Positions 10,123-18,275 of a stretch of DNA of 64,000 nucleotides are shown piece after piece. The translations under genes and the position numbers were made by a program. Numbering within the stretch: the first letter of the stretch is position 1; every line of letters starts with the position of its first letter. Below the pieces are notes generated by a model, which did not search any database, had not been told where the DNA came from, and saw only the letters and a program-made list of their open reading frames with translations. Source of the DNA: Myxococcota bacterium (GTDB lineage: Bacteria; Myxococcota_A; Polyangia; Nannocystales; Nannocystaceae); contig JBCCHT010000020.1 of NCBI GenBank assembly GCA_039028615.1, positions 64,001-128,000 on the forward strand. The letters are read 5' to 3'.

Positions 10123-10661
10123 GGCGCCCATCCTTTCGCGGCCAGGTGCTCGCGCAGCTTGGCCAAGCCGCGGTAGACCATGTTCTCGGCTCGCTTGGGC
10201 GGCCACCCCAGCAGCCGACCGATCTCCGGCACCGAGTGGCCCTGCAGGTAGAGGGTCACCGCCTGACGCCGCGCCTCGTTGAGCTGCCCGAGTCCCTGGG
10301 CAATGGCTCCCGACAGCTGCGCCGACTCGGCCCTCCGCTCGGGGCCCAGCGCCGCCGCGTCGACGGGCTCACCCCCTTCGTCGCTCGCTCCCGAGCCCAG
10401 CGAGACCTCCCGCTTGGCACGAAGCCGCCGAACCTCGTCGATCGTCGCGCTATAGGCCACCTTCCACAGGTACGAGGAAGGCAGCTCGCGCCCGTCCTCG
10501 TTGCGTTCGCGGGCCCGGACCACGCGGAGCATCGCGGCTTGGACGATGTCCTCCCGATGCGCGGCCGCCCACGGGGGGCAGGCGCGAGCCACCACGCGCC
10601 CGAGCTTGGCCCGCAGCGCCTCGTCGTCTTCACGCACGATACGGGGCGTGGATCGACCCAT
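10119..10661 (-). CDS. ECF RNA polymerase sigma factor
   Basis: Region 2 REDIVQAAMLRV...YLWKVAYSATIDEVRR; region 4 LNEARRQAVTLYLQGHSVPEIGRLLG...VYRGLAKLR. Confidence 0.9.
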   Translation of the reverse strand: MGRSTPRIVREDDEALRAKLGRVVARACPPWAAAHREDIVQAAMLRVVRARERNEDGRELPSSYLWKVAYSATIDEVRRLRAKREVSLGSGASDEGGEPVDAAALGPERRAESAQLSGAIAQGLGQLNEARRQAVTLYLQGHSVPEIGRLLGWPPKRAENMVYRGLAKLREHLAAKGWAP

Positions 10662-10904
10662 CGGAGCATGACGCGGCCGAAGCCGTCGGACCGATGTGTC
10701 ACGGGCATGAGGGGAGGTCAAGACGTGCGGCGCTCGGCTCGGCGGACACCCAGGCAGACGCAAGGCCGACGATGATTCGAACGGCCCCGGCGTCACGAGG
10801 CAGCCTCGTGAACGTGGGTTGGCGCTACGAACGCGGGTGCGGGGGCGGGCATGGTCGCTCCCTCCACTTACGGAGGCCGCGACCCGATCCCCTCACCCGC
10901 ACCG

Positions 10905-11822
10905 CTAATATTCGATGACCTTCTTCTTCTTCAGCGCGACCAACGTTCTGGACAAGGTCAGGTCGTCGATCTCGCTGCGGTCGAGCACGTTCCACCAGCC
11001 GCCCATCTCGACGATGTCTTGCACGAGCTCGAGCTCGGTCTCGTCGAGTTCCTTCCAGCGCACGGGGCTGGGCTTGGCTAGCGCGACCTTGGCTCGGGGC
11101 TTGGGCAGCGGGTTGCGCTTGGCGAGCGCGGCCATCTCGTCCTCTTGGCGAGCGGCCTCCATCAGCATGTGCTCGAGCGACATGCTGATCTCCTCGGGCG
11201 CCTCGTCGATGGCTTCGCTCTCGAGCTCGAAGCTGCCGCGCTTCCACAGCAGCATGCGCAACAGAGCCTTGGCCGGCTTGAGCTCGTCGGCCCCCGAGAT
11301 GGAGGCGTAGAAGACCTGACCCGAGCGCAGGTGCAGCGCGCCGATACGGTCGTCGGGATCCTTGACCTTGAGGGTGCCCGTCTTGCGACTGGTGGCGAGC
11401 CACTGCAGCACGTCGACCAGCGGGATGTCCTGGATGCTCCCCGCCATCGAGCGGTTGGAGACATCGGCCGAGCCCTGGCTTTTTTCGCCGGCCCGCGTCT
11501 TGGACAGCGAGTCGGGGTCGCTGCGCACGACCCGAGCCAAGCTCGAGCCAATGGCGATCCGATCGCCCTCGCGCAGACAGTGCCGCTCGACCGCTTCGCC
11601 ATTGACGACGGTTCGATTGCGGGAGCCGAGGTCGCGCAGCCAGATCCGACCGCGCGCGGGATAGAAGCGGACGTGCTTCCGGCTGACCGCGTCGTCGGCC
11701 AGGATCAGGTCGACCTCCGAACTCCGTCCGGCGATGTAGCTGCGTCGGTCGTCGAGGGGAAAGTCCTGCCCCTCGTAGCGTCCGGACACGAACTTCAAAA
11801 CCGTGACGAGGCCGTCGTCCAT
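10905..11822 (-). CDS. FHA domain + DUF4388 protein
   Basis: FHA motifs AGR, VSRKH, DLGSRNRTVVNG; DUF4388 motif MAGSIQDIPLVDVLQWLATSRKTGTL...WKRGSFEL. Confidence 0.88.
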   Translation of the reverse strand: MDDGLVTVLKFVSGRYEGQDFPLDDRRSYIAGRSSEVDLILADDAVSRKHVRFYPARGRIWLRDLGSRNRTVVNGEAVERHCLREGDRIAIGSSLARVVRSDPDSLSKTRAGEKSQGSADVSNRSMAGSIQDIPLVDVLQWLATSRKTGTLKVKDPDDRIGALHLRSGQVFYASISGADELKPAKALLRMLLWKRGSFELESEAIDEAPEEISMSLEHMLMEAARQEDEMAALAKRNPLPKPRAKVALAKPSPVRWKELDETELELVQDIVEMGGWWNVLDRSEIDDLTLSRTLVALKKKKVIEY

Positions 11823-12153
11823 GCTCGGTCACGATACGCGGACCGCGGACTTCGCGTCAACGCGACTACACGGTGTTCCACGGCGGAACCGGGCGTATTC
11901 GACCGATTCTGCGGACCTGCGTCGGCGTGTGATCGGGATCGCCAGCTCACGGGAAAAAAGTGCCCTCCCTCGGACGGGAAGCCCCCTATCGACGATGGCC
12001 ACCAAGTGCCCTCTACGAGCCGAAACCCAGCGTTTGCCGGACCTGATTAGGGGGATGCCCCCGATCGCGGAGTGTGCGCGATCCGGCCGCCCCGGGGGGG
12101 ATCCACGTCTTGCTGGCTCCTACTTCACAGTGAAGACTGTTCTCGTGCCGTCG

Positions 12154-13794
12154 ATGAAAATGGGTTGGAAGTGGTGGGGAGCCGCGGTCGTTGCCGCGGG
12201 CCTGAGTGTGTTCACCGGATGTGCCAACCAACGCGCGACCACGGGATATGAATCTGGCGGCGCCTATGCCAACGCCGCCCCGCGCACGGTCATCGCCGAG
12301 CCCGGCGCCTACGATGGAATCTACGTCGAGCAGGTCTACGCCCAGACCGGCGACGAGGGCATGATCGGCTACGAGCAGCTCTCCGACGGCACCGAAGTCC
12401 AGGTCATCACCTACGTCCACACCTATCCCGAAGCCATCGAGACCTACCCCAGCGTGTGGTGGTCCGGTCGCTGGTACTACAACGTCAACGGCGACTTCGT
12501 GTACTACAGCGCCGACCTCGGGCAGTGGGTCTACTACTACGGCCCGCCCGCGCCGCTGGTTGCGTGCTGGAACGGCTACTACCCGTACTCGCCCTACTAC
12601 TGGGGCGTCGGCTACTACGGCTCGGGCTGGTACTGGGGCGGCGTAGGCGTCTACGGCTATCACGCCTACGGACTGCCCGTCGCGCACACGCACCACCATC
12701 ATCACAACCACTGGAACGATCGCCCGTCGCGTGGCGGAGGCTCCGGCAACTCGCGCCCGAGCACGGGTGGGCCCGTCGGCGACGGACCGAGCCCCGGTGG
12801 CACCACCGACAAGGGCCCGCGTCGCACCAAGGTCGCCGACGCCAACCAAGGCGACCCCCGACGGACCCGCCCCGCGGGCAACCCCACGCGCAACAAGCCC
12901 GATGCGCCGTCGCGGGCCGAGCCCGGCCGCACCAAGCCCAACGAGGGCGGCAGCACGCTCGCCAAGAACGAGCCCACGCGCAACAAGCCCTCTGCCGACG
13001 CACGCAAGGACCCGAACACGGGCGGCACCAACCTCGCGCGCACTCAGCCCACGCGCACCAAGCCCTCCGATACGCGCAAGGACCCCGCCAATAGCGGGCC
13101 CACGCGCAGCGACTCGGGCACGGCCACGCTCGCGCAGCGCCGTCCCACCGAGACCGCGCCGGCCTCGAGCCGCACGCCCAAGACCCGCGGCCCCTCGCGC
13201 TCGAGCTACACCTCGTCGGCGGGCAACAAGGTCACCGTGGTCAACCCGCCGACGCGCTCGCGACCCGCTCGCTCGTCGCAGACCTTCACCGCGGCCAAGG
13301 ACACGACCTTCCGGGCACCGCCGCGCCGCACCAGCGCACGCTCGCCCAGCTGGGGTCAGACCGTCGCGGCCCCGAACCGCAACGCCGCCCCGAGCCGCAG
13401 CACCGCGCCGAGCCGCCGCGCGTCGCCCAGCCGTAGCGCTTCGCCCAGCCGCAGCGCGTCGCCCAGCCGCCGCTCCACGCCGACCTTCGGCTCGAGCCCC
13501 AGCCGCAGCTCGGCCCCGAGTCGCAGCGCTGCGCCCAGCCGCTCCCGCGCCCCGTCCCGCACCACGCCATCGCGCTCCAGCCGGACCCCGTCGCGCAGTC
13601 AGCCCAGCCGGTCGATGCCGAGTCGCTCGCCCAGCCGCAGCCGCACCACGCCGACGCGCTCGCCCAGCCGAGCCACCCCGTCGCGCTCCCCGAGCCGTAG
13701 CCGCACGACGCCCGCACGCTCGCCGAGCCGCTCCAGCCCCTCGCGCTCGCCCAGTCGATCCGCCCCCAAGCGCTCGACGCCCAAGCGACGCTGA
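12154..13794 (+). CDS. Lipoprotein with Tyr/Trp/Gly-rich domain, His tract and long Ser/Arg/Pro repeat tail
   Basis: ATG 12154, lipobox FTGC; YYWGVGYYGSGWYWGG; HTHHHHHNH; repeated PTRxKP and SPSRS units. Confidence 0.8.
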   Translation: MKMGWKWWGAAVVAAGLSVFTGCANQRATTGYESGGAYANAAPRTVIAEPGAYDGIYVEQVYAQTGDEGMIGYEQLSDGTEVQVITYVHTYPEAIETYPSVWWSGRWYYNVNGDFVYYSADLGQWVYYYGPPAPLVACWNGYYPYSPYYWGVGYYGSGWYWGGVGVYGYHAYGLPVAHTHHHHHNHWNDRPSRGGGSGNSRPSTGGPVGDGPSPGGTTDKGPRRTKVADANQGDPRRTRPAGNPTRNKPDAPSRAEPGRTKPNEGGSTLAKNEPTRNKPSADARKDPNTGGTNLARTQPTRTKPSDTRKDPANSGPTRSDSGTATLAQRRPTETAPASSRTPKTRGPSRSSYTSSAGNKVTVVNPPTRSRPARSSQTFTAAKDTTFRAPPRRTSARSPSWGQTVAAPNRNAAPSRSTAPSRRASPSRSASPSRSASPSRRSTPTFGSSPSRSSAPSRSAAPSRSRAPSRTTPSRSSRTPSRSQPSRSMPSRSPSRSRTTPTRSPSRATPSRSPSRSRTTPARSPSRSSPSRSPSRSAPKRSTPKRR

Positions 13795-13830
13795 GCCCCC
13801 GCCGCGAACGAACGCGGCCCGCTCCAACGA

Positions 13831-13870
13831 CCGGCCGGACCCTCTCGAGGGCCCGGCCGGACTCGTTTTC
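13831..13870 (+). terminator. Intrinsic terminator-like hairpin between convergent genes
   Basis: CCGGCCGG-A-CCCT-ctcg-AGGG-C-CCGGCCGG followed by ACTCGTTTTC. Confidence 0.6.
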
Positions 13871-13889
13871 GGCGACCGTCAGGCGACCG

Positions 13890-14528
13890 TCACGGGGCGC
13901 AGCTGGAGGTGTCGAGCTGGCAGAACTCGGTGCAGGGCAAGGGCTCGGTGCCGGGGCCCAGGCCGAGGCTCTCGCAGGTGTCGGTGGGCGGACGGTCGAG
14001 CTCGCAGTTCTCGCCATCACCGATGACGGTATCGCCACAATACCCGCACAGATCGAAGCGATACTGACAGCTGGCCAAGCCGCAGTCGAGCAGCCCTCCC
14101 GTGTAGATGCGATCGGGAAACGCGGGGTTGGTCAGGCCCGCACACTCGGCGAAGTTCAGGCCCTCGGGGGTGCAGAAGTCCTTGGCGCAGTCGCATTGCT
14201 CAGTGGCATCGATGATCCCGTTGCCACAGCACGAGTGACAGACCGGCCCTTCGGCGACGTCGCCGAAGTCGTCGCCCGCGGTGGTGCCGGTCGAAGGATC
14301 GGAGGTCGTGCCCGAGCTCGTGCCCGGGCTCGTGCCGGACGTCGTGTCCGCGCCACCGCTTCCGCTCGTGGTCCCGGGCACGACGCTGGTCGCCCCGGGC
14401 CCGGTGGTCGCCCCCTCACTCGTGCTCTCGGTGTCGCCGTTGCTCGAGCTCGTGTCGGTGAGGATGAACGGAGCGGGACAGCCCGAGCCCAACACGGCGA
14501 GGAGGCCGATCCATGGTTTCAATCTCAT
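13890..14528 (-). CDS. Cys-rich myxobacterial lipoprotein
   Basis: Lipobox LGSGC; Thr/Ser/Gly linker; CGNGIIDATEQCD and CGDTVIGDGENCE disulfide repeats. Confidence 0.8.
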   Translation of the reverse strand: MRLKPWIGLLAVLGSGCPAPFILTDTSSSNGDTESTSEGATTGPGATSVVPGTTSGSGGADTTSGTSPGTSSGTTSDPSTGTTAGDDFGDVAEGPVCHSCCGNGIIDATEQCDCAKDFCTPEGLNFAECAGLTNPAFPDRIYTGGLLDCGLASCQYRFDLCGYCGDTVIGDGENCELDRPPTDTCESLGLGPGTEPLPCTEFCQLDTSSCAP

Positions 14529-14623
14529 ATGCATAGGCGAACTCGACCGCGCCATCGTACCGCGGAGGTCGACGCTCGTTTTCGCGATTGCCGGCCCTGC
14601 GCCCATCGACTAGAGGTTAGTCA

Positions 14624-15244
14624 ATGAGGCGATGTCGGACGGAGAGTCGATGGATGATCGTCGCGGCGATGCCCGTCGTGCTCGCGTGCCGGCCGGGCTC
14701 GTCTCCCGCTCCCGAATCGGCCGAAGCCTCCCCTTCGTCCGCGGCCGAGCCCGTTGCCGCCGCAGAACCCGAGGCCTCCGAAGCTCCAGCTCGAACGCCC
14801 GAGGTCGTGACGCCGCCGCTGGACGACGCGACCCCGTTTCCCCACGTGGAGGGCGTCGGCTCCTCGGAGCGACTTCGCACGATCCGCCAGGCCATGGTCG
14901 CCAGAGGCCTGCCCGATGGCGTCTGGGTACGAATCTCGACCACGGACATCGCCACCGAGTCCACCGTCGTCCTCGAACTCGACCGCGGCTCGATCCCCGG
15001 CATCACCGACTCGGAACAGGCCAAGACGGTCGACGTGCCCGAGCTGGTGCAGGCGCTGAAGGCCGCGGCGCACGAGGCCCCCGAAGGCGTGGAGAAAAAC
15101 CTCGTGCTGCTCGGCGACCAGAACCTTCGCTTTTTCACCCTCACCGCGACCATGCGCGCGGCCGGCCAAGCGGGGCTCACGACCTACGCTTTCCTCGTCG
15201 AGGAACCCGACGGCACCGTACGTCTGCGAGCCGAGGAGGAGTAG
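14624..15244 (+). CDS. Lipoprotein with ExbD/TolR-like C-terminal domain
   Basis: Lipobox VLAC; C-terminal VPELVQALK...LVLLGDQNLRFFTLTATMRAAGQAGLTTYAFLV. Start may be 14654. Confidence 0.65.
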   Translation: MRRCRTESRWMIVAAMPVVLACRPGSSPAPESAEASPSSAAEPVAAAEPEASEAPARTPEVVTPPLDDATPFPHVEGVGSSERLRTIRQAMVARGLPDGVWVRISTTDIATESTVVLELDRGSIPGITDSEQAKTVDVPELVQALKAAAHEAPEGVEKNLVLLGDQNLRFFTLTATMRAAGQAGLTTYAFLVEEPDGTVRLRAEEE

Positions 15245-15253
15245 GCGAGCGGT

Positions 15254-16285
15254 TCAGGGCCGACGCGCGGCCCGCCAGATACGTCCGCCGTCGTGGTCGA
15301 CCACGAGCAGGTTGCCCTGGGCGTCCAGGCTGAGCCCCCGGACTTCGCTGAGCTGGGGTGCTCCCGCGAAGCGTTGAATGGTGCCGGAGGGATCGACGAA
15401 CCAGACCGTGTCCGACTCGTGTGTCCCCAAGAAGTAGCCCCCGGAGGCATCGAACCATAGCGCCCGCACCCCGGGCAGTGCGGTACGCAGGGCCGCCGAG
15501 CCATCCCCTCCGCCCGAGGACTCACCCGTGCCCGCGATCGGGGTCGCGGTGCCGTCGGCCGCGAGCCGAAACACCCGACCCGCCCTGCGATCGGTCACCA
15601 CCAGCCGTCCTTCGAGATCGAGCGCGAGGTTGCCCAGCGACCGAAACCCCGACGCATACACCTGTACCCCGGCCTGCGGCGACCAGCGCAAGACCTCGGT
15701 GTTCGAGGCCACGAACGCTCGCGTCTCGTCGTCGCTGACCCACAGCCCACGACCGATCGAGATGCCCTGTGGGACCTCGAACAGCGTCGTCAGGGTCCCT
15801 CGTGCATCGAGGCGCTGGATGGCCGAGTGACCGAGGTCGAGGATGTACACGACCCCCGTGCCCGCGACCCACAGCCCGTTGGGCGACTTCAGCTCGGGCG
15901 CCCCCGCCACGGTGACGATGGTGCCGGCCGGATCGATCTTGCGGACCGCTTGCGCATCCTTGTCGGCGACGAACAGGTTGCCCGTCGCGTCCGCCATGAC
16001 GAAGTGCGGCCGTGAGAGCTCGGCCTGGAGGGCGGGCCCTGCCTCGTACTCGGCCTTCCACCCGTCGACGCCTTTGCGCTCGATCCGGGCCGTGCCCGCC
16101 ACGAGCTTCAGCTCACCGAAGCACGCCCGCATCTGCTCGGGGCGGCACGATGCCGGGTCGGGCCGCGCGGTCGAGTCGGGAGCGCCCGCGGGCACGCCTC
16201 CCGAGGGCGTCGAGGCGCTCTGGCCCGAACACGCGAACATCATCGCGGCCATCGCCACCAGCCAACCGAGCCGACGTGCTGCCAT
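15254..16285 (-). CDS. NHL-repeat beta-propeller lipoprotein
   Basis: Lipobox MFAC; repeats such as DATGNLFVAD...VRKIDPAGTIVTVAG, GRLVVTD, GDGSAALRTAL, DAQGNLLVVD. Confidence 0.8.
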   Translation of the reverse strand: MAARRLGWLVAMAAMMFACSGQSASTPSGGVPAGAPDSTARPDPASCRPEQMRACFGELKLVAGTARIERKGVDGWKAEYEAGPALQAELSRPHFVMADATGNLFVADKDAQAVRKIDPAGTIVTVAGAPELKSPNGLWVAGTGVVYILDLGHSAIQRLDARGTLTTLFEVPQGISIGRGLWVSDDETRAFVASNTEVLRWSPQAGVQVYASGFRSLGNLALDLEGRLVVTDRRAGRVFRLAADGTATPIAGTGESSGGGDGSAALRTALPGVRALWFDASGGYFLGTHESDTVWFVDPSGTIQRFAGAPQLSEVRGLSLDAQGNLLVVDHDGGRIWRAARRP

Positions 16286-17452
16286 CTACTTCACCGTTCC
16301 GCAGGGGCCTTCGAAACCCCCGGGCGCGAGGCGAACGTGAACTGGCCCCCAGACCGTCGGCAGCGCGAGCGCCTCGCCCCCGATCGCCGCCATCGTGGTC
16401 TCCTTCATCACGCAGCCGACCACCGTCGGTTGGTCGGGCGCGAGCAGGAACGTCCCCGCCGCGATCTTCACCCGCGGGGCTCGGCCCACGTCGCCCCACG
16501 ACAGCCTCATGCGGGGCCAGCCTCGACCGCAGCCATAGCCGATCCCGTACTCCGGCTGAAACACGTCCCGCGCACGCACATAGCCGACGTAGGAGACCTC
16601 GATGTCGCATCCCGGCTGGAACTCGACCAAGTGATAGCCCCGGTTGGGCTTGTCGGTGAGCAGCTGGACCTCGTCGTCCTCGCCCAGCTCGATCAGCACC
16701 TTGCCCCCCGGTCGCACGCGCAAGGCGGTGGCCTTCTTCGTTCGGTAGGGAGGCAGGGGATCGGTCGCGGGCGGGGCCGTAGTGGCCGAGGGCTCGGGCG
16801 TGGCCGGGCCGATGGTGGTGCCGAGCGCCGAGGTGTCGATCCAGCCGCTCCAGCTCTGCTCAGGGCCCGTCCAGCGGACCTCGCTCGCCTCACCGTCGGC
16901 GCCGATGACATCGACCCAGGTCCCGCGCTCGACGATCACGTGACCGCGCTTGGGCGGGTCAGCGAAGCGAAACGCAGGATCGGGGCGCAGCCGGGCCCGC
17001 GTGGAGAGCAGGGGCTGGGCATCCGCACGGTCCACGTGCACCAACAGCCGCACCCCGCCCTGGTTGACCACCACCCGCGGCCGCTCGCCGTCGTCGACGA
17101 CCATCATCGGGTGGGCGGTGGGAAAGGCCTTGCCGTCGGCCAAGCCGTACTCGGGTCCGTCCGCTCGCAACCGCACCCCGCCGCGACGCGCCATCGCCAT
17201 GCGGGTCGACGCGCCCATCCACGAGATCCACTTCGCGCCGAGTACGTCGGCCACCTCGTCGTAGCCCTCGAGCTCGATCTTCGGCTCGGGCTCCGGTTCC
17301 TCGACCACGGGGGTGGGCGACGGCTCGGGCACGCGAATCGCCACCGGCTCCGGCTCCGCGCTCACCGGGTCGGGCGTGCTCTTGCCCGCACAGGACAGCG
17401 AGACCAGGGTCCCCACGACGACCACGGACGAGCGAAGGGGCACGGCCACCAT
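16286..17452 (-). CDS. Hypothetical lipoprotein (possible SH3-like segments)
   Basis: Lipobox SLSC; Pro/Glu linker; ALRVRPGGKVL and WSGWIDTSAL; abuts the NHL gene. Confidence 0.65.
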   Translation of the reverse strand: MVAVPLRSSVVVVGTLVSLSCAGKSTPDPVSAEPEPVAIRVPEPSPTPVVEEPEPEPKIELEGYDEVADVLGAKWISWMGASTRMAMARRGGVRLRADGPEYGLADGKAFPTAHPMMVVDDGERPRVVVNQGGVRLLVHVDRADAQPLLSTRARLRPDPAFRFADPPKRGHVIVERGTWVDVIGADGEASEVRWTGPEQSWSGWIDTSALGTTIGPATPEPSATTAPPATDPLPPYRTKKATALRVRPGGKVLIELGEDDEVQLLTDKPNRGYHLVEFQPGCDIEVSYVGYVRARDVFQPEYGIGYGCGRGWPRMRLSWGDVGRAPRVKIAAGTFLLAPDQPTVVGCVMKETTMAAIGGEALALPTVWGPVHVRLAPGGFEGPCGTVK

Positions 17453-17593
17453 GCGACGACCCTAGCACCGACGCGGACGTCCACGCATCGGTCGGTCGGC
17501 GAAGCCGTCGTGCCCGCTCGCCGTCGGGTCATTCCAACGTCAGCGGGCCCCCGCCACGCGGGAGCCCTCGCCGTGCATGAGGATCGAGCGAGC

Positions 17594-17977
17594 TCAGCTC
17601 ACTCGAGAGCCGAGGCGCACATGGGCGGTGACCAGCAGCACGATCATCACGATCTCCTGCCCCACGTGCCCCACGAACCCGGTCGGCATGCCATCGAAGG
17701 CCAAGCCCGCCATGCGTCCGATCAGCGCCATGGTGATGAGTAGGGCCGAAGCCAGAAACCACTGCGAGTACCGAGCCCGCAGGCCCAACCCGATCATGAT
17801 CCCGATGCTCGCGAGGAAGGCTCCGTGCCCGGCTCGCAGCGTGCTCAGGCCTTCCACCCCGCGGGGATCGACCGCGAGCTGATCCACCATCGCGGTGGGG
17901 TTGAACATGATCGTCAGGCCGAAGCCGAGCATCACGATGACGAAGATTCCGAGGATGATTCGAAGGGCCGTGTTCAT
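17594..17977 (-). CDS. DUF4345-like membrane protein
   Basis: Four TM helices; GLSTLRAGHGA and IGRMAGLAFDG motifs. Confidence 0.7.
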   Translation of the reverse strand: MNTALRIILGIFVIVMLGFGLTIMFNPTAMVDQLAVDPRGVEGLSTLRAGHGAFLASIGIMIGLGLRARYSQWFLASALLITMALIGRMAGLAFDGMPTGFVGHVGQEIVMIVLLVTAHVRLGSRVS

Positions 17978-18185
17978 GGTCGGGCTTGCTCCCAACCAAC
18001 ACGCCCGCGCCGCGCCGACCCGGCAGCAGCTCGCGAAACGAGCCGCGCGACCGGGGTCGGCACAGCGAGCGGTGAAGGCCGCGGCGGCCTTCGCTCGAAA
18101 ATGTCCATCAACGGGGGAGTACGGGGGTCTAGGCGTCCATCTAGAGTCGCGGCGGGCGGGCCTCGCCTCGCGACGTCTTCAGGCT

Positions 18186-18249
18186 AGTTTTTCGTTCTCG
18201 GGAAAACAACGATCAAAATCGCCGCTCAAAAACCCGAAAACGAAAAACT
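18186..18249. repeat. 17-bp inverted repeat with A-tract-rich 30-nt spacer (terminator or REP/MITE-like)
   Basis: AGTTTTTCGTTCTCGGG (18186-18202) pairs with CCCGAAAACGAAAAACT (18233-18249), one mismatch; lies just downstream of the molybdoenzyme stop. Confidence 0.6.
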
Positions 18250-18275
18250 GCCGCCGGCCTCGGCGCCCCGACGCT

